From: an uncultured bacterium
GTDB lineage: Bacteria; Chlamydiota; Chlamydiia; Chlamydiales; JACRBE01
Direction: 5' to 3'
Length of the DNA: 64,000 nucleotides
NCBI GenBank assembly: GCA_964429005.1
Contig: CAYSAJ010000003.1
Location: forward strand, 21,153 to 85,152
In this document: piece by piece, positions 1 through 9,181 of the stretch
How positions within the stretch are numbered: the first letter of the stretch is position 1
Layout of the letters: each line of letters begins with the position of its first letter
Translations under genes and position numbers: made by a program
The notes under the pieces: model-generated
What the model was told of the DNA's origin: nothing
The model's database searches: none
The model's input: the letters and a program-made list of their open reading frames with translations, nothing else

Positions 1-1
1 A

Positions 2-631
2 GAAGTTTTTCCTTTAGGTCCTTTTTCAACAAATTGTTACTTTATTAGTAATCATCAGGGCTCTGTCATCATTGATCCTGGTCAAAATGCCCTATCTGCA
101 ATCAGAAGCAAATTTCATATCACCCCAGGCCAGGTTAGTGCCATTTGGCTGACCCATTCTCACTGGGACCACACCGTAGGCCTTAAAGAGTGCCAAGAGT
201 TTTTTGATGTCCCCATATATGTACATCCTCTAGATCGTAAAAATATTGAATACCCTGGCTCCGATGGAATTCCTTGCATGGTCATGCCTCCCCCCGTTCA
301 TACTGATATCCATCCTTTAGAAGAAGGGATGATTTTGAAAGCCGGTGAAGTGAAATTCAGAGTGATCCATACTCCTGGGCACTCCCCAGGAGGAGTGTGC
401 TTTTACTCAGAAGAGCATCAAGTTCTCTTTTCAGGAGACACTCTTTTTAAAGGTATGATAGGAAGTCTTACCCTCCCTACAGGAGAGCCGAGCAAGATGT
501 GGCCATCTCTTGAAAAACTTGCTATACTTCCCAAGGAAACAAAGATATTTCCAGGACATGGTCCTTCCACAGTACTAAAAGATGAAGAGTGGATTCATCA
601 AGCAGAGCAGATTTTTGGAGAAAACATATGA
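2..631 (+). CDS. MBL-fold metallo-hydrolase (glyoxalase II-like), 5' end cut by the window edge
   Basis: Frame 2 is open from nt 2 (EVFPLGPFSTNCYFI...). It carries the HxHxDH zinc motif (THSHWDH), followed by HTPGHSPGG and FPGHG. The ORF track lists only the internal Met at 278. Confidence 0.85.
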   Translation, partial: EVFPLGPFSTNCYFISNHQGSVIIDPGQNALSAIRSKFHITPGQVSAIWLTHSHWDHTVGLKECQEFFDVPIYVHPLDRKNIEYPGSDGIPCMVMPPPVHTDIHPLEEGMILKAGEVKFRVIHTPGHSPGGVCFYSEEHQVLFSGDTLFKGMIGSLTLPTGEPSKMWPSLEKLAILPKETKIFPGHGPSTVLKDEEWIHQAEQIFGENI

Positions 632-1206
632 CCTTAGTCGGTAAAAAAGCCCCTACTTTTCAAGCAACAGCTGTAGTAAAAGACAAATTTATCCCTTCCT
701 TTTCTTTAGAGGATTATCTGGGAAAATATGTGATCTTTTTCTTTTATCCCCTTGATTTTACATTCGTATGCCCCACAGAACTTCACGCTTTTCAAGAAAA
801 ATTGAAAGATTTTCATCATCGACATGCTGAAGTCATCGCTTGTTCCATCGATTCTCATTTTTCTCACTTAGCTTGGCTTACAACTCCCAAAGATAAAGGG
901 GGAATTTGTGGTGTTGAATATCCAGTCGTCTCCGATATTCACAAGGAAATTGCTAAGCAGTATGGCGTGCTTAAAGATGAAGATGGTATCGCGTTTAGAG
1001 GGCTTTTCTTGCTCGATAAACATGGAGTCATTCGTCATCAAGTCATCAATGATCTGCCACTTGGGCGCTCTGTCGATGAAACTCTTCGAATGCTCGACGC
1101 TTTGATTTATCACGAAAAACACGGCGAAGTATGTCCTGCTAATTGGAAGTCAGGTGAAAAAGCTATGACGGCCGATCAAGAAGGGTTAAAAGAATACTTC
1201 CGATAA
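628..1206 (+). CDS. ahpC: Typical 2-Cys peroxiredoxin (AhpC/Tsa family)
   Basis: MTLVGKKAPTFQATAV N-terminus, peroxidatic Cys motif FTFVCPTE and resolving Cys motif GEVCPANW. The ATG at 628 overlaps the upstream stop (ATATGA), suggesting translational coupling. The track start at 589 is probably too early. Confidence 0.9.
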   Translation: MTLVGKKAPTFQATAVVKDKFIPSFSLEDYLGKYVIFFFYPLDFTFVCPTELHAFQEKLKDFHHRHAEVIACSIDSHFSHLAWLTTPKDKGGICGVEYPVVSDIHKEIAKQYGVLKDEDGIAFRGLFLLDKHGVIRHQVINDLPLGRSVDETLRMLDALIYHEKHGEVCPANWKSGEKAMTADQEGLKEYFR

Positions 1207-1217
1207 TAATTGAAATT

Positions 1218-1243
1218 CACTCCTCTTGAGACCAAGAGGAGTG
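1218..1243. terminator. Perfect 11-bp hairpin between convergent ahpC and the 157-aa gene
   Basis: CACTCCTCTTG-agac-CAAGAGGAGTG read directly. It lies in the 42-nt gap between two convergent stop codons. There is no strong U-tract on either side. Confidence 0.5.
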
Positions 1244-1248
1244 AGAGA

Positions 1249-1722
1249 TTATTCCTGAACTTCTTCAGCTACTGTAATTTCTTCCACAGTGTCTTCAAGA
1301 TCATCATCTTCTCGAACATTCACAACAAGATCATACTGAGCAAAAGCTGTTCCTTCATCTGTCATGTTAAAGTTACAAGAAAAAGTTCCTGTAAAAAAAT
1401 CTTCAGCGGGTTTCCAGTTTTCACAATCTAAACTGAGAAATAATTCATCTGATGAAAATTTAAGGTAGAGTTGCTTTTCAAATTGGAATACGAGGGGAGA
1501 GGTTTCTTTCATAGAAAGAGAAATAAGTTCTCCTCCGATATTGAATTTAAATGGGATTTTCATCCCTGCAGGGAAAGAAAAGATCATACACTCTTTAGGA
1601 GAGGTGAAAAGATCTTGAAACTCCTCTGGATTCACTTTAGATAAATCGTAAATGGGGCAACTATCGTCTGCTACCACGTAGCTAGAAACAAGTAAAGAGA
1701 GAGCTATTAACATTTTTTTCAT
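1249..1722 (-). CDS. Hypothetical secreted protein with an acidic C-terminal tail
   Basis: 157-aa ORF with signal-peptide-like N-terminus MKKMLIALSLLVSSYVVADD, four Cys residues and tail REDDDLEDTVEEITVAEEVQE. I recognise no family. Confidence 0.55.
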   Translation of the reverse strand: MKKMLIALSLLVSSYVVADDSCPIYDLSKVNPEEFQDLFTSPKECMIFSFPAGMKIPFKFNIGGELISLSMKETSPLVFQFEKQLYLKFSSDELFLSLDCENWKPAEDFFTGTFSCNFNMTDEGTAFAQYDLVVNVREDDDLEDTVEEITVAEEVQE

Positions 1723-1776
1723 ACAAAACTCCTTTGTATGAGAAAAGAGTTTTAAGCAGATGAGTTTTTTCTACAA

Positions 1777-2157
1777 TCACGAAGTTAAAAAATCATAAAA
1801 ATCTTGCTGATGAATCAGAAGCAACGCTTGCTTTTCCTCGCAGATCAAATGCGCTTTTTCAATGATTTCTGTGCTTGAAACACCAGGCATATAAAGGCCA
1901 TCAACAGGATCTTTGCAAAGATGGATGAGATCCAGTCCTCTATAGTACTCACTGAAGTGATACCCTTCTTCCTCTACTCTTTTGTAGAATACTTTATTGT
2001 TCATGAGTAGGGACTGAATAGCGAGAGGAATGCCGAGGCTATCCGAAGAAGGGGGATTGCCTAGAACTTCACTTAAACGTGGAAGGGAATCAATCGGAAT
2101 AAGGCTTTGGAATGCGCCTTTTTCTGCTTCCCCAAAAAGAAAAATATTTAAATGCAT
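1777..2157 (-). CDS. Hypothetical cytoplasmic protein (126 aa)
   Basis: ATG-initiated ORF on the same strand as, and 54 nt upstream of, the 157-aa gene. No family recognised; see findings. Confidence 0.5.
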   Translation of the reverse strand: MHLNIFLFGEAEKGAFQSLIPIDSLPRLSEVLGNPPSSDSLGIPLAIQSLLMNNKVFYKRVEEEGYHFSEYYRGLDLIHLCKDPVDGLYMPGVSSTEIIEKAHLICEEKQALLLIHQQDFYDFLTS

Positions 2158-2260
2158 GGATGTATGATTATTATTTTCTACTCTTACCCATAGAAAAAAG
2201 CAGAATAATCTTCAAGGCTGGCTAAATAGAAAGCCTAGAAAATCAGGTAAAATAATATTT

Positions 2261-2340
2261 TACCTTGTATTTTGACCAAAAATTTTCGAATTCTACCTTG
2301 GAATTTGACCAAAAATAAGTCAATTATACCTTGGAAAACG
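2261..2340. repeat. 33-bp tandem direct repeat, about 2.4 copies
   Basis: TACCTTGtATTTTGACCAAAAAT at 2261, TACCTTGgAATTTGACCAAAAAT at 2294 and TACCTTGgAAAAcg at 2327. The spacing is exactly 33 bp. Confidence 0.85.
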
Positions 2341-2468
2341 TACATCTTAAAGATAATTAGACACTTATACTTCAAGCGATTTGCATTTATAATCTAGATC
2401 GATTGCAACCACTTAAGCGTGCACACAAATTGAGGCTCTACAGAGTCTGGTTTCCCGAAATTAATACG

Positions 2469-2496
2469 TTGAATATCTTCATGCTTTCTTTATAAT
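2469..2496 (+). promoter_or_regulatory. Sigma70-like promoter upstream of the GH1 gene
   Basis: TTGAAT (2469-2474), a 16-nt spacer and TATAAT (2491-2496). The predicted transcription start near 2503 lies at the foot of the ACCTCC/GGAGGT hairpin. Confidence 0.4.
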
Positions 2497-2500
2497 CATA

Positions 2501-2516
2501 ACCTCCTTTTGGAGGT
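2501..2516 (+). promoter_or_regulatory. Hairpin sequestering the Shine-Dalgarno sequence (anti-SD/SD)
   Basis: ACCTCC-tttt-GGAGGT is a perfect 6-bp stem. GGAGG (2511-2515) is the only SD-like element and lies 5 nt upstream of the in-frame TTG at 2521. Confidence 0.35.
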
Positions 2517-4101
2517 TACTTTGGAAGCCCTATCAAATAGTTTAAAATATCCCCTTCAGTTCTTTACCCATCAAATCATCGGGGGATGTGGTTTTCCTCA
2601 AAGTAAAAATAGTGGTGTGGAGATCCTTCAACGAATTTCACAGGTCGCTTTAGCTGTTATATTTAGTGTTCTAGCTTTGACTTCGATCCCTTTGTGGGGA
2701 GCAGGAGAGATCATTGAGAGAGTTTCACAGGGCAATCAATCGTTTTATCAAGACCAGGTCGATCTTCCTCCTACTTCAGATGGTGAATTAGGTCTCGACC
2801 AAACAAAAACAAAGCATGTCGGTTTTTCTATTTCTACATACCAAAACACATCAAATCCTACGTTTTGTGAAAGATCGAACTGGGGAAAATATCATCAAAC
2901 TCATTTTCTAGGGGATAAAGCTCATTTACGGGTTGGACAAGGTGTGGACATATTAACAGAGCAAGGCATGGAGCAAATTTGTAGAGATGTCTTAAGCGCT
3001 AACGGAAATGTTTTGCGCTTTTCTGTGGAAATGGCCGATGTCATAAAACACGATGGTTCATTAGATGAAGTTGCTATGGAAAGATATGTGAGAGCTGCAG
3101 CTTATGTAAAAAGCCAAGGGATCACTCCGATTGTAACTCTCAGCCACTTTGTTCACTGGCTTGATCAAGATGGAAAAGATCTTTTTGAAGATGTAAAAAA
3201 TATCGACCAATTTGTTTCTTTTGCTGCCGTTTGCTATGAAAGACTTCATGAATCGGTGGATACATTCGTCACATTTAATGAACCTAATGTATCTGCTGTA
3301 GGCAATTACGCACTGGGAGATTTTCCTGCAGAAAAACCTGGGAGACTATGGACACATGCACGAGTCTTGCAAAATATGCTCAAAGCCCATGAAAGAGCCT
3401 ATGATACCATTCATGAACTTGCAAGAGGCTATACTAAAGAAGTAAAGGTGGGACTCACCCATCAGGCTCTTCGCTTTACCTCAAACTCTCCATGGAACCT
3501 TATCGCTAGAATCACCTGTTTTGTGATGACCTATCTGTTTCATGAATCTTTCATGCAGTGGGCTGCAAAAAATCAAAGCAAATTTGATTTTCTAGGAGTG
3601 CAGTACTACACAAGACCTCTTATCGGAGGATTTCCTCCCGATTCGATAGCAAGAGAAGGGGAGCCCATGGTTACGTGTATGAGATTTCGTTTTGATCCAG
3701 CAGGTATCCATCCTATTTTAACCCAAATTGCTCAAAGACTCTCGGGAAAATCCCTTATCATTACAGAAACAGGAACAGCTGGAACAAGCTACGTGAATCC
3801 CACAGTTGAAGAAAGCGCTGCATCTGATCGTATGGATGAGCTGAGAACAACTTATTATAGAGACTCAATCAAAGCAGTACGTAGAGCACAAGATGAAGGA
3901 TCCAGAGTAATAGGATACATGGGATGGAGCCTCTATAGAAACTTCGAGTGGCCTCATGGATTCTCAAGAGATCACGATTTTGGTGTCATTGCTAGAGATC
4001 TAGAGAGTGGCCTAACGAGACCTACAACGGCTTTTGCATTGCTAGCAAGCGTGTTTGAAAGAACTCTGTCACTAGCTCGCCCAAACACGCATGTAGCTTG
4101 A
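2509..4101 (+). CDS. Glycoside hydrolase family 1 (beta-glycosidase-like) with an N-terminal hydrophobic anchor
   Basis: GH1 acid/base motif TFNEPN, nucleophile motif IITETG (canonical I/VTENG) and RFSVEM resembling RFSISW. A roughly 110-aa N-terminal extension contains the hydrophobic segment VALAVIFSVLALTSIPLWGAG. There is no ATG start: both TTG 2509 (track) and TTG 2521 are in frame, and 2521 has the better SD. Confidence 0.8.
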   Translation: MEVTLEALSNSLKYPLQFFTHQIIGGCGFPQSKNSGVEILQRISQVALAVIFSVLALTSIPLWGAGEIIERVSQGNQSFYQDQVDLPPTSDGELGLDQTKTKHVGFSISTYQNTSNPTFCERSNWGKYHQTHFLGDKAHLRVGQGVDILTEQGMEQICRDVLSANGNVLRFSVEMADVIKHDGSLDEVAMERYVRAAAYVKSQGITPIVTLSHFVHWLDQDGKDLFEDVKNIDQFVSFAAVCYERLHESVDTFVTFNEPNVSAVGNYALGDFPAEKPGRLWTHARVLQNMLKAHERAYDTIHELARGYTKEVKVGLTHQALRFTSNSPWNLIARITCFVMTYLFHESFMQWAAKNQSKFDFLGVQYYTRPLIGGFPPDSIAREGEPMVTCMRFRFDPAGIHPILTQIAQRLSGKSLIITETGTAGTSYVNPTVEESAASDRMDELRTTYYRDSIKAVRRAQDEGSRVIGYMGWSLYRNFEWPHGFSRDHDFGVIARDLESGLTRPTTAFALLASVFERTLSLARPNTHVA

Positions 4102-4102
4102 A

Positions 4103-5416
<1,314 letters not shown>

Positions 5417-5434
5417 TTAGAAAAAATGACGATT

Positions 5435-6556
5435 TTAAAACAGAGGGCGGTTTGCTTTTAAATCTTCAAAGAGCAAAACATACGACTCATAACGGAGCGC
5501 AGATAGCTTTCCTTTTTCTACAGCCCTAATGACCCCGCAATCAGGTTCATGAATATGGTCACAGTTGAGAAAATGACATTTTCCTGCAAAAGCTTGAATA
5601 TCCGGAAAATAAAGAGGAAGATCACTCAGTGGGATATCCCAAAGGCCAAAACTCTTAATTCCCGGAGTGTCTACACAATAACCTCCGTTTCCCAAAGAAA
5701 GCAACGTGGCTGTAGTTGTTGTATGGCGCCCTTTTTGCGTTTGATATCTCACATCAGATGTTCGTAGATCAAGTCCTGTCAAATTGTTAATAAGAGATGT
5801 TTTACCAACTCCAGACTGCCCTGAAAAAACAGATGTTTTATTTTTTGTGAGGTTATTAAGCTCTTCCATGCCTTCTCCTGTTTTTGCACTCACGCACACT
5901 ACAGGGATATCAAGTTTGTTATAACCTTCTATGAAGAGTTGAATGAAATCGATCGAAGCTTTAACAAATTCGGGATCGACACCTTCTTCAGGCTCAGATA
6001 AGAGATCCCATTTGTTGATGATCACAATCGGTTTCATGTTTCCTTTTTGAGCCATAATTACATAGCGATCAATCAGGGTTGGCTTAAATGAAGGAAGAAA
6101 GGGACTTGTTGTGATAAGTACTTGATCTACATTTGCTGCTAAAAGCTGTTGTTTATTACGGCTGTAGTTTTCAGCACGGCACAAAACCGATGTGCGAGGC
6201 ATAATCACTTCAATGACACCAGCTTCTTCACCAATCGGAGTAAAACGAACAACATCTCCTACAGCTAATAAATTTTTATTAAGAGATCTCTCTTGTTTGA
6301 GATTTCCTCTCAAAGAGCAGATAATCTTTTTATGGGCTGATTCAACTAGCATTCCCTCAGAGGTGATTGTGATCACTTTGCCCTCTGCAAGGTGAGCTAC
6401 GTCAGGGGTAATTTGATTCTGAGCTTTTTTTTCTCGATCTGTTTTTTTGTACTTCGAGCGGTCTTTGCTCTGAGCCATTTTTTTGTCTTTTTTCGATTCT
6501 TTTCTGTCGCGAGATAAATAGTGCTCTTCATAATCGAGATGATCAAATTTTGACAT
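5435..6556 (-). CDS. rsgA: Ribosome small-subunit-dependent GTPase A with a Lys-rich N-terminal extension
   Basis: Circularly permuted GTPase motifs (NKWDL, GQSGVGKTSLIN) and a C-terminal zinc knuckle (CHFLNCDHIHEPDCGV). The first roughly 55 aa are KKDKK/KYKK-rich. Confidence 0.9.
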   Translation of the reverse strand: MSKFDHLDYEEHYLSRDRKESKKDKKMAQSKDRSKYKKTDREKKAQNQITPDVAHLAEGKVITITSEGMLVESAHKKIICSLRGNLKQERSLNKNLLAVGDVVRFTPIGEEAGVIEVIMPRTSVLCRAENYSRNKQQLLAANVDQVLITTSPFLPSFKPTLIDRYVIMAQKGNMKPIVIINKWDLLSEPEEGVDPEFVKASIDFIQLFIEGYNKLDIPVVCVSAKTGEGMEELNNLTKNKTSVFSGQSGVGKTSLINNLTGLDLRTSDVRYQTQKGRHTTTTATLLSLGNGGYCVDTPGIKSFGLWDIPLSDLPLYFPDIQAFAGKCHFLNCDHIHEPDCGVIRAVEKGKLSALRYESYVLLFEDLKANRPLF

Positions 6557-7298
6557 GGGACTCTCTAAGTAGATACATCATAATGCTGCCAGCTATGGCG
6601 ACATTCAATGATTCTGTTGTAGCAGAAATCGGGATTTTTACAAGCGCTCCTTTTTCCTTGAAATAAGGGTTTACACCTTGCCCCTCATGGCCCAGAACAA
6701 GGGCTACAGAGTCAACTCTCGTTGAAAAATGAGGGTTTTCTCCCTCAAGGTCTGCGATCAAAAGAGGGATGTGGCGCATTTTGAGCCACTCAGTGATCTC
6801 TTCTTTATTTCCCACTTTGAGAGGTATGGTAAAGATTGCCCCTTTTGACGCCCTTATGACTTTGTCATTAAAAGGATCACAAATCGGTTCAATAAAATAG
6901 ATGCCATCAAAGTCAAAAGCGAGAGCGCTTCGGACAAGAGTCCCAATGTTCCCTGGATCTTGCAAACGATCAAGAACCAATATCCTGCGAGAATTTTCAA
7001 AATTTTCCTTTGAAGGGAGGGAGATCTCCATGGCGATAGGCTCTGGATTTTCTACTCCTGAAATTTTTTTTAACTCTTCCTCTGTTGTCAAATAGATGGG
7101 GACTGTGCTACATCGAAAAGGAAGATGATCAAGAGAGGTGACAAGGATCGCTTTAGCTTGGGAATAAAGCTCTTCAGTCAGTTTTTTCCCAATTACCAAG
7201 GCCGATTTTACCTCGTAACGGTAGTCCTTGTCCTTACGGAGTAAAAGAAAATGTTGAAGTTGTTGTTTTGTAATCTTTTGAGCTTGAGGGTGTTTCAT
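6543..7298 (-). CDS. TrmH/SpoU-family RNA 2'-O-methyltransferase
   Basis: SpoU motifs DRLQDPGNIGTLVRSA, LVLGHEGQGV and ESLNVAIAGSIMMY. Two in-frame ATGs are possible (7325 and 7298). I chose 7298 because 7325 would overlap rsbU by 28 nt. Confidence 0.8.
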   Translation of the reverse strand: MKHPQAQKITKQQLQHFLLLRKDKDYRYEVKSALVIGKKLTEELYSQAKAILVTSLDHLPFRCSTVPIYLTTEEELKKISGVENPEPIAMEISLPSKENFENSRRILVLDRLQDPGNIGTLVRSALAFDFDGIYFIEPICDPFNDKVIRASKGAIFTIPLKVGNKEEITEWLKMRHIPLLIADLEGENPHFSTRVDSVALVLGHEGQGVNPYFKEKGALVKIPISATTESLNVAIAGSIMMYLLRESHVKI

Positions 7299-9181
7299 TG
7301 AATAGCGAGAATAATTCCCCTTCATCTAAACTTTCGTTTGCGCCTCTCGTAGGCTCTTTAGCAAGAAGGGTAATTCTTGTTTCCTTAATTTTTCTTGTTT
7401 TACCCCTCACATTCTACACCATTTTCGTTTATGAGAAAATTTATAACGAAGAATTAAAAAGTGTTTTTGATATTTTGGTTCATACTGAAGATGAGCAAGT
7501 TGAGCTTTTACAGACATGGTTTGACTACGAGGCTCAGACCGCAGATCTCTTTTATCAAATTCTTCAAGATCAGTCTTTAAAATCGGGGGGTCTGACTCAA
7601 AACGATTTTAATAAACTTTTAGGATCTTTTCAGCAAGGAAGCTATCGAGAAGCCATAGGTTATATTGGCTTTAACCAATGCATTAAAGGAATTTGTCATG
7701 GGATCTCTTTACCAAGTATCTCTAATGAACAACTTTTAAAAAGTATTCCATTAGAAGAGATGCTCAAAAAAGAGACCTCAATGACTGTCTGCTATATCCC
7801 CTCAATAGGATACTCTCTTTTACAGTTTCGAGTATTCAAAGATCCCATTAATGGACAAGTCAACGCAGCCATATACTCACTCTTTAAGTTAGAAACAATA
7901 CTCAAAAGGCTCTCTCTGATTATGAGCCACTATAACGAATCGATATCTATATTAGATGAACATTTTAATATCCTTGTGTCTACCAATAAGACCTACCCAG
8001 CAAAAAACTTTACCTTTACCAAGCCGACTTCATTCAAAGATTTGAATATCATAAATGCTAAAGGTGTTTCTTTTGTAACAGGCGATGAGTTGCATTATGG
8101 TGTCCTTGAGTCTTTTGCTCCCGCTAAAATATGGATCATGCTCGATGTGCCTAAAGCAACTGTGCTAAAAGTTTGGAAAAGTTATCTACAGAAAATGGTC
8201 GTTATGTTCTCCATGATCTTAATCATCGGAGGTATAGCCACTGCTTTTGTCACTTCGAGAATCGCTAAGCCACTGAAAAACTTGCTGATGATGATGCGTA
8301 AAGTTGCTAGTGGCAAACTCGATTCACGCTACGCTCCAGATTCCATGGGATTTGAAATTAACCATCTGGGCAAGCAGTTTAATACCATGCTTGAAGACCT
8401 CGATAAACATATTAAAAAAGTAGAAGCAGAAAAAATTAAAAAAGAGCTCTATATCAAAGAACTCGCGATCGGACAGCAAGCGCAACGCTCCATTCTTCCC
8501 ACGCATGTCCCTGAAATTGCAGATTTTGATATTGGAGTGGGTTTCTTAGCAGCACAGGAAGTAGGAGGAGATTTTTATGATCTCTTCCTAAACCAAAATA
8601 ATCAGCTCTTTTTCTGCATTGCAGACACAGCAGGAAAAGGGATCCATGCCTGCATTTATTCTCTTCTCGTACGTAGTATGCTCAGAAGTTTTTTTGATGC
8701 AGGAAATTCTCTTCAAAACATTATCGCTAAAACCAACGAACTGTTCATGAAAGACACCGGCATGTCAGGAGTTTTTGTGACAGCATGGATAGGAGTCCTC
8801 GATATTCCTACTAAAAGAATACGTTACAGCTCTTGTGGTCACCTCCCAGCCCTTGTTTACAACAGCGAAACTGCACAATTTACGAAGTTACAAACAGATG
8901 GAATGGCTCTTGGTGTCAATGAATTTACACCTACTATTCAAGAATATCATCTTAAAGAAAAAGATATGCTATGCCTTTATACAGATGGTGTTATTGAAGC
9001 TCAAACAAACCAAAATGCGATGTTCGGCATGGAACGCCTCGAAGATGTGCTAGAAAAAACCAGAACTAAAACAGCAAAGCAGATTATTATTGAAATTGAA
9101 TATGCCATTCGTGAATTTGCTGGAGGAAAAGCTCAGCACGATGACATTACTTTGCTTGTTTTACGATCTTTGAGAGAATAG
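7298..9181 (+). CDS. rsbU: RsbU-type sensor phosphatase (periplasmic sensor, HAMP, PP2C/SpoIIE)
   Basis: N-terminal TM, a roughly 270-aa extracytoplasmic region, a second TM, a HAMP-like linker (RIAKPLKNLLMMMRKVASGKLD) and PP2C motifs GGDFYD, DTAGKG, YTDGVIEA and DDITLLV. TTG is the only start-like codon ahead of the first TM. Confidence 0.85.
   Translation: MNSENNSPSSKLSFAPLVGSLARRVILVSLIFLVLPLTFYTIFVYEKIYNEELKSVFDILVHTEDEQVELLQTWFDYEAQTADLFYQILQDQSLKSGGLTQNDFNKLLGSFQQGSYREAIGYIGFNQCIKGICHGISLPSISNEQLLKSIPLEEMLKKETSMTVCYIPSIGYSLLQFRVFKDPINGQVNAAIYSLFKLETILKRLSLIMSHYNESISILDEHFNILVSTNKTYPAKNFTFTKPTSFKDLNIINAKGVSFVTGDELHYGVLESFAPAKIWIMLDVPKATVLKVWKSYLQKMVVMFSMILIIGGIATAFVTSRIAKPLKNLLMMMRKVASGKLDSRYAPDSMGFEINHLGKQFNTMLEDLDKHIKKVEAEKIKKELYIKELAIGQQAQRSILPTHVPEIADFDIGVGFLAAQEVGGDFYDLFLNQNNQLFFCIADTAGKGIHACIYSLLVRSMLRSFFDAGNSLQNIIAKTNELFMKDTGMSGVFVTAWIGVLDIPTKRIRYSSCGHLPALVYNSETAQFTKLQTDGMALGVNEFTPTIQEYHLKEKDMLCLYTDGVIEAQTNQNAMFGMERLEDVLEKTRTKTAKQIIIEIEYAIREFAGGKAQHDDITLLVLRSLRE

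Noticed and set aside
1210-1431. 73-aa plus-strand ORF overlapping the 157-aa minus-strand gene
   Set aside because: The minus-strand ORF is longer and has a convincing signal peptide. The plus-strand ORF would begin inside the terminator hairpin that follows ahpC.
2620-2700. N-terminal hydrophobic segment of the GH1 protein considered as an Inc-type (inclusion membrane) bilobed domain
   Set aside because: Only a single hydrophobic stretch of about 21 aa is visible. Inc proteins typically have a bilobed hydrophobic domain of 40 aa or more.
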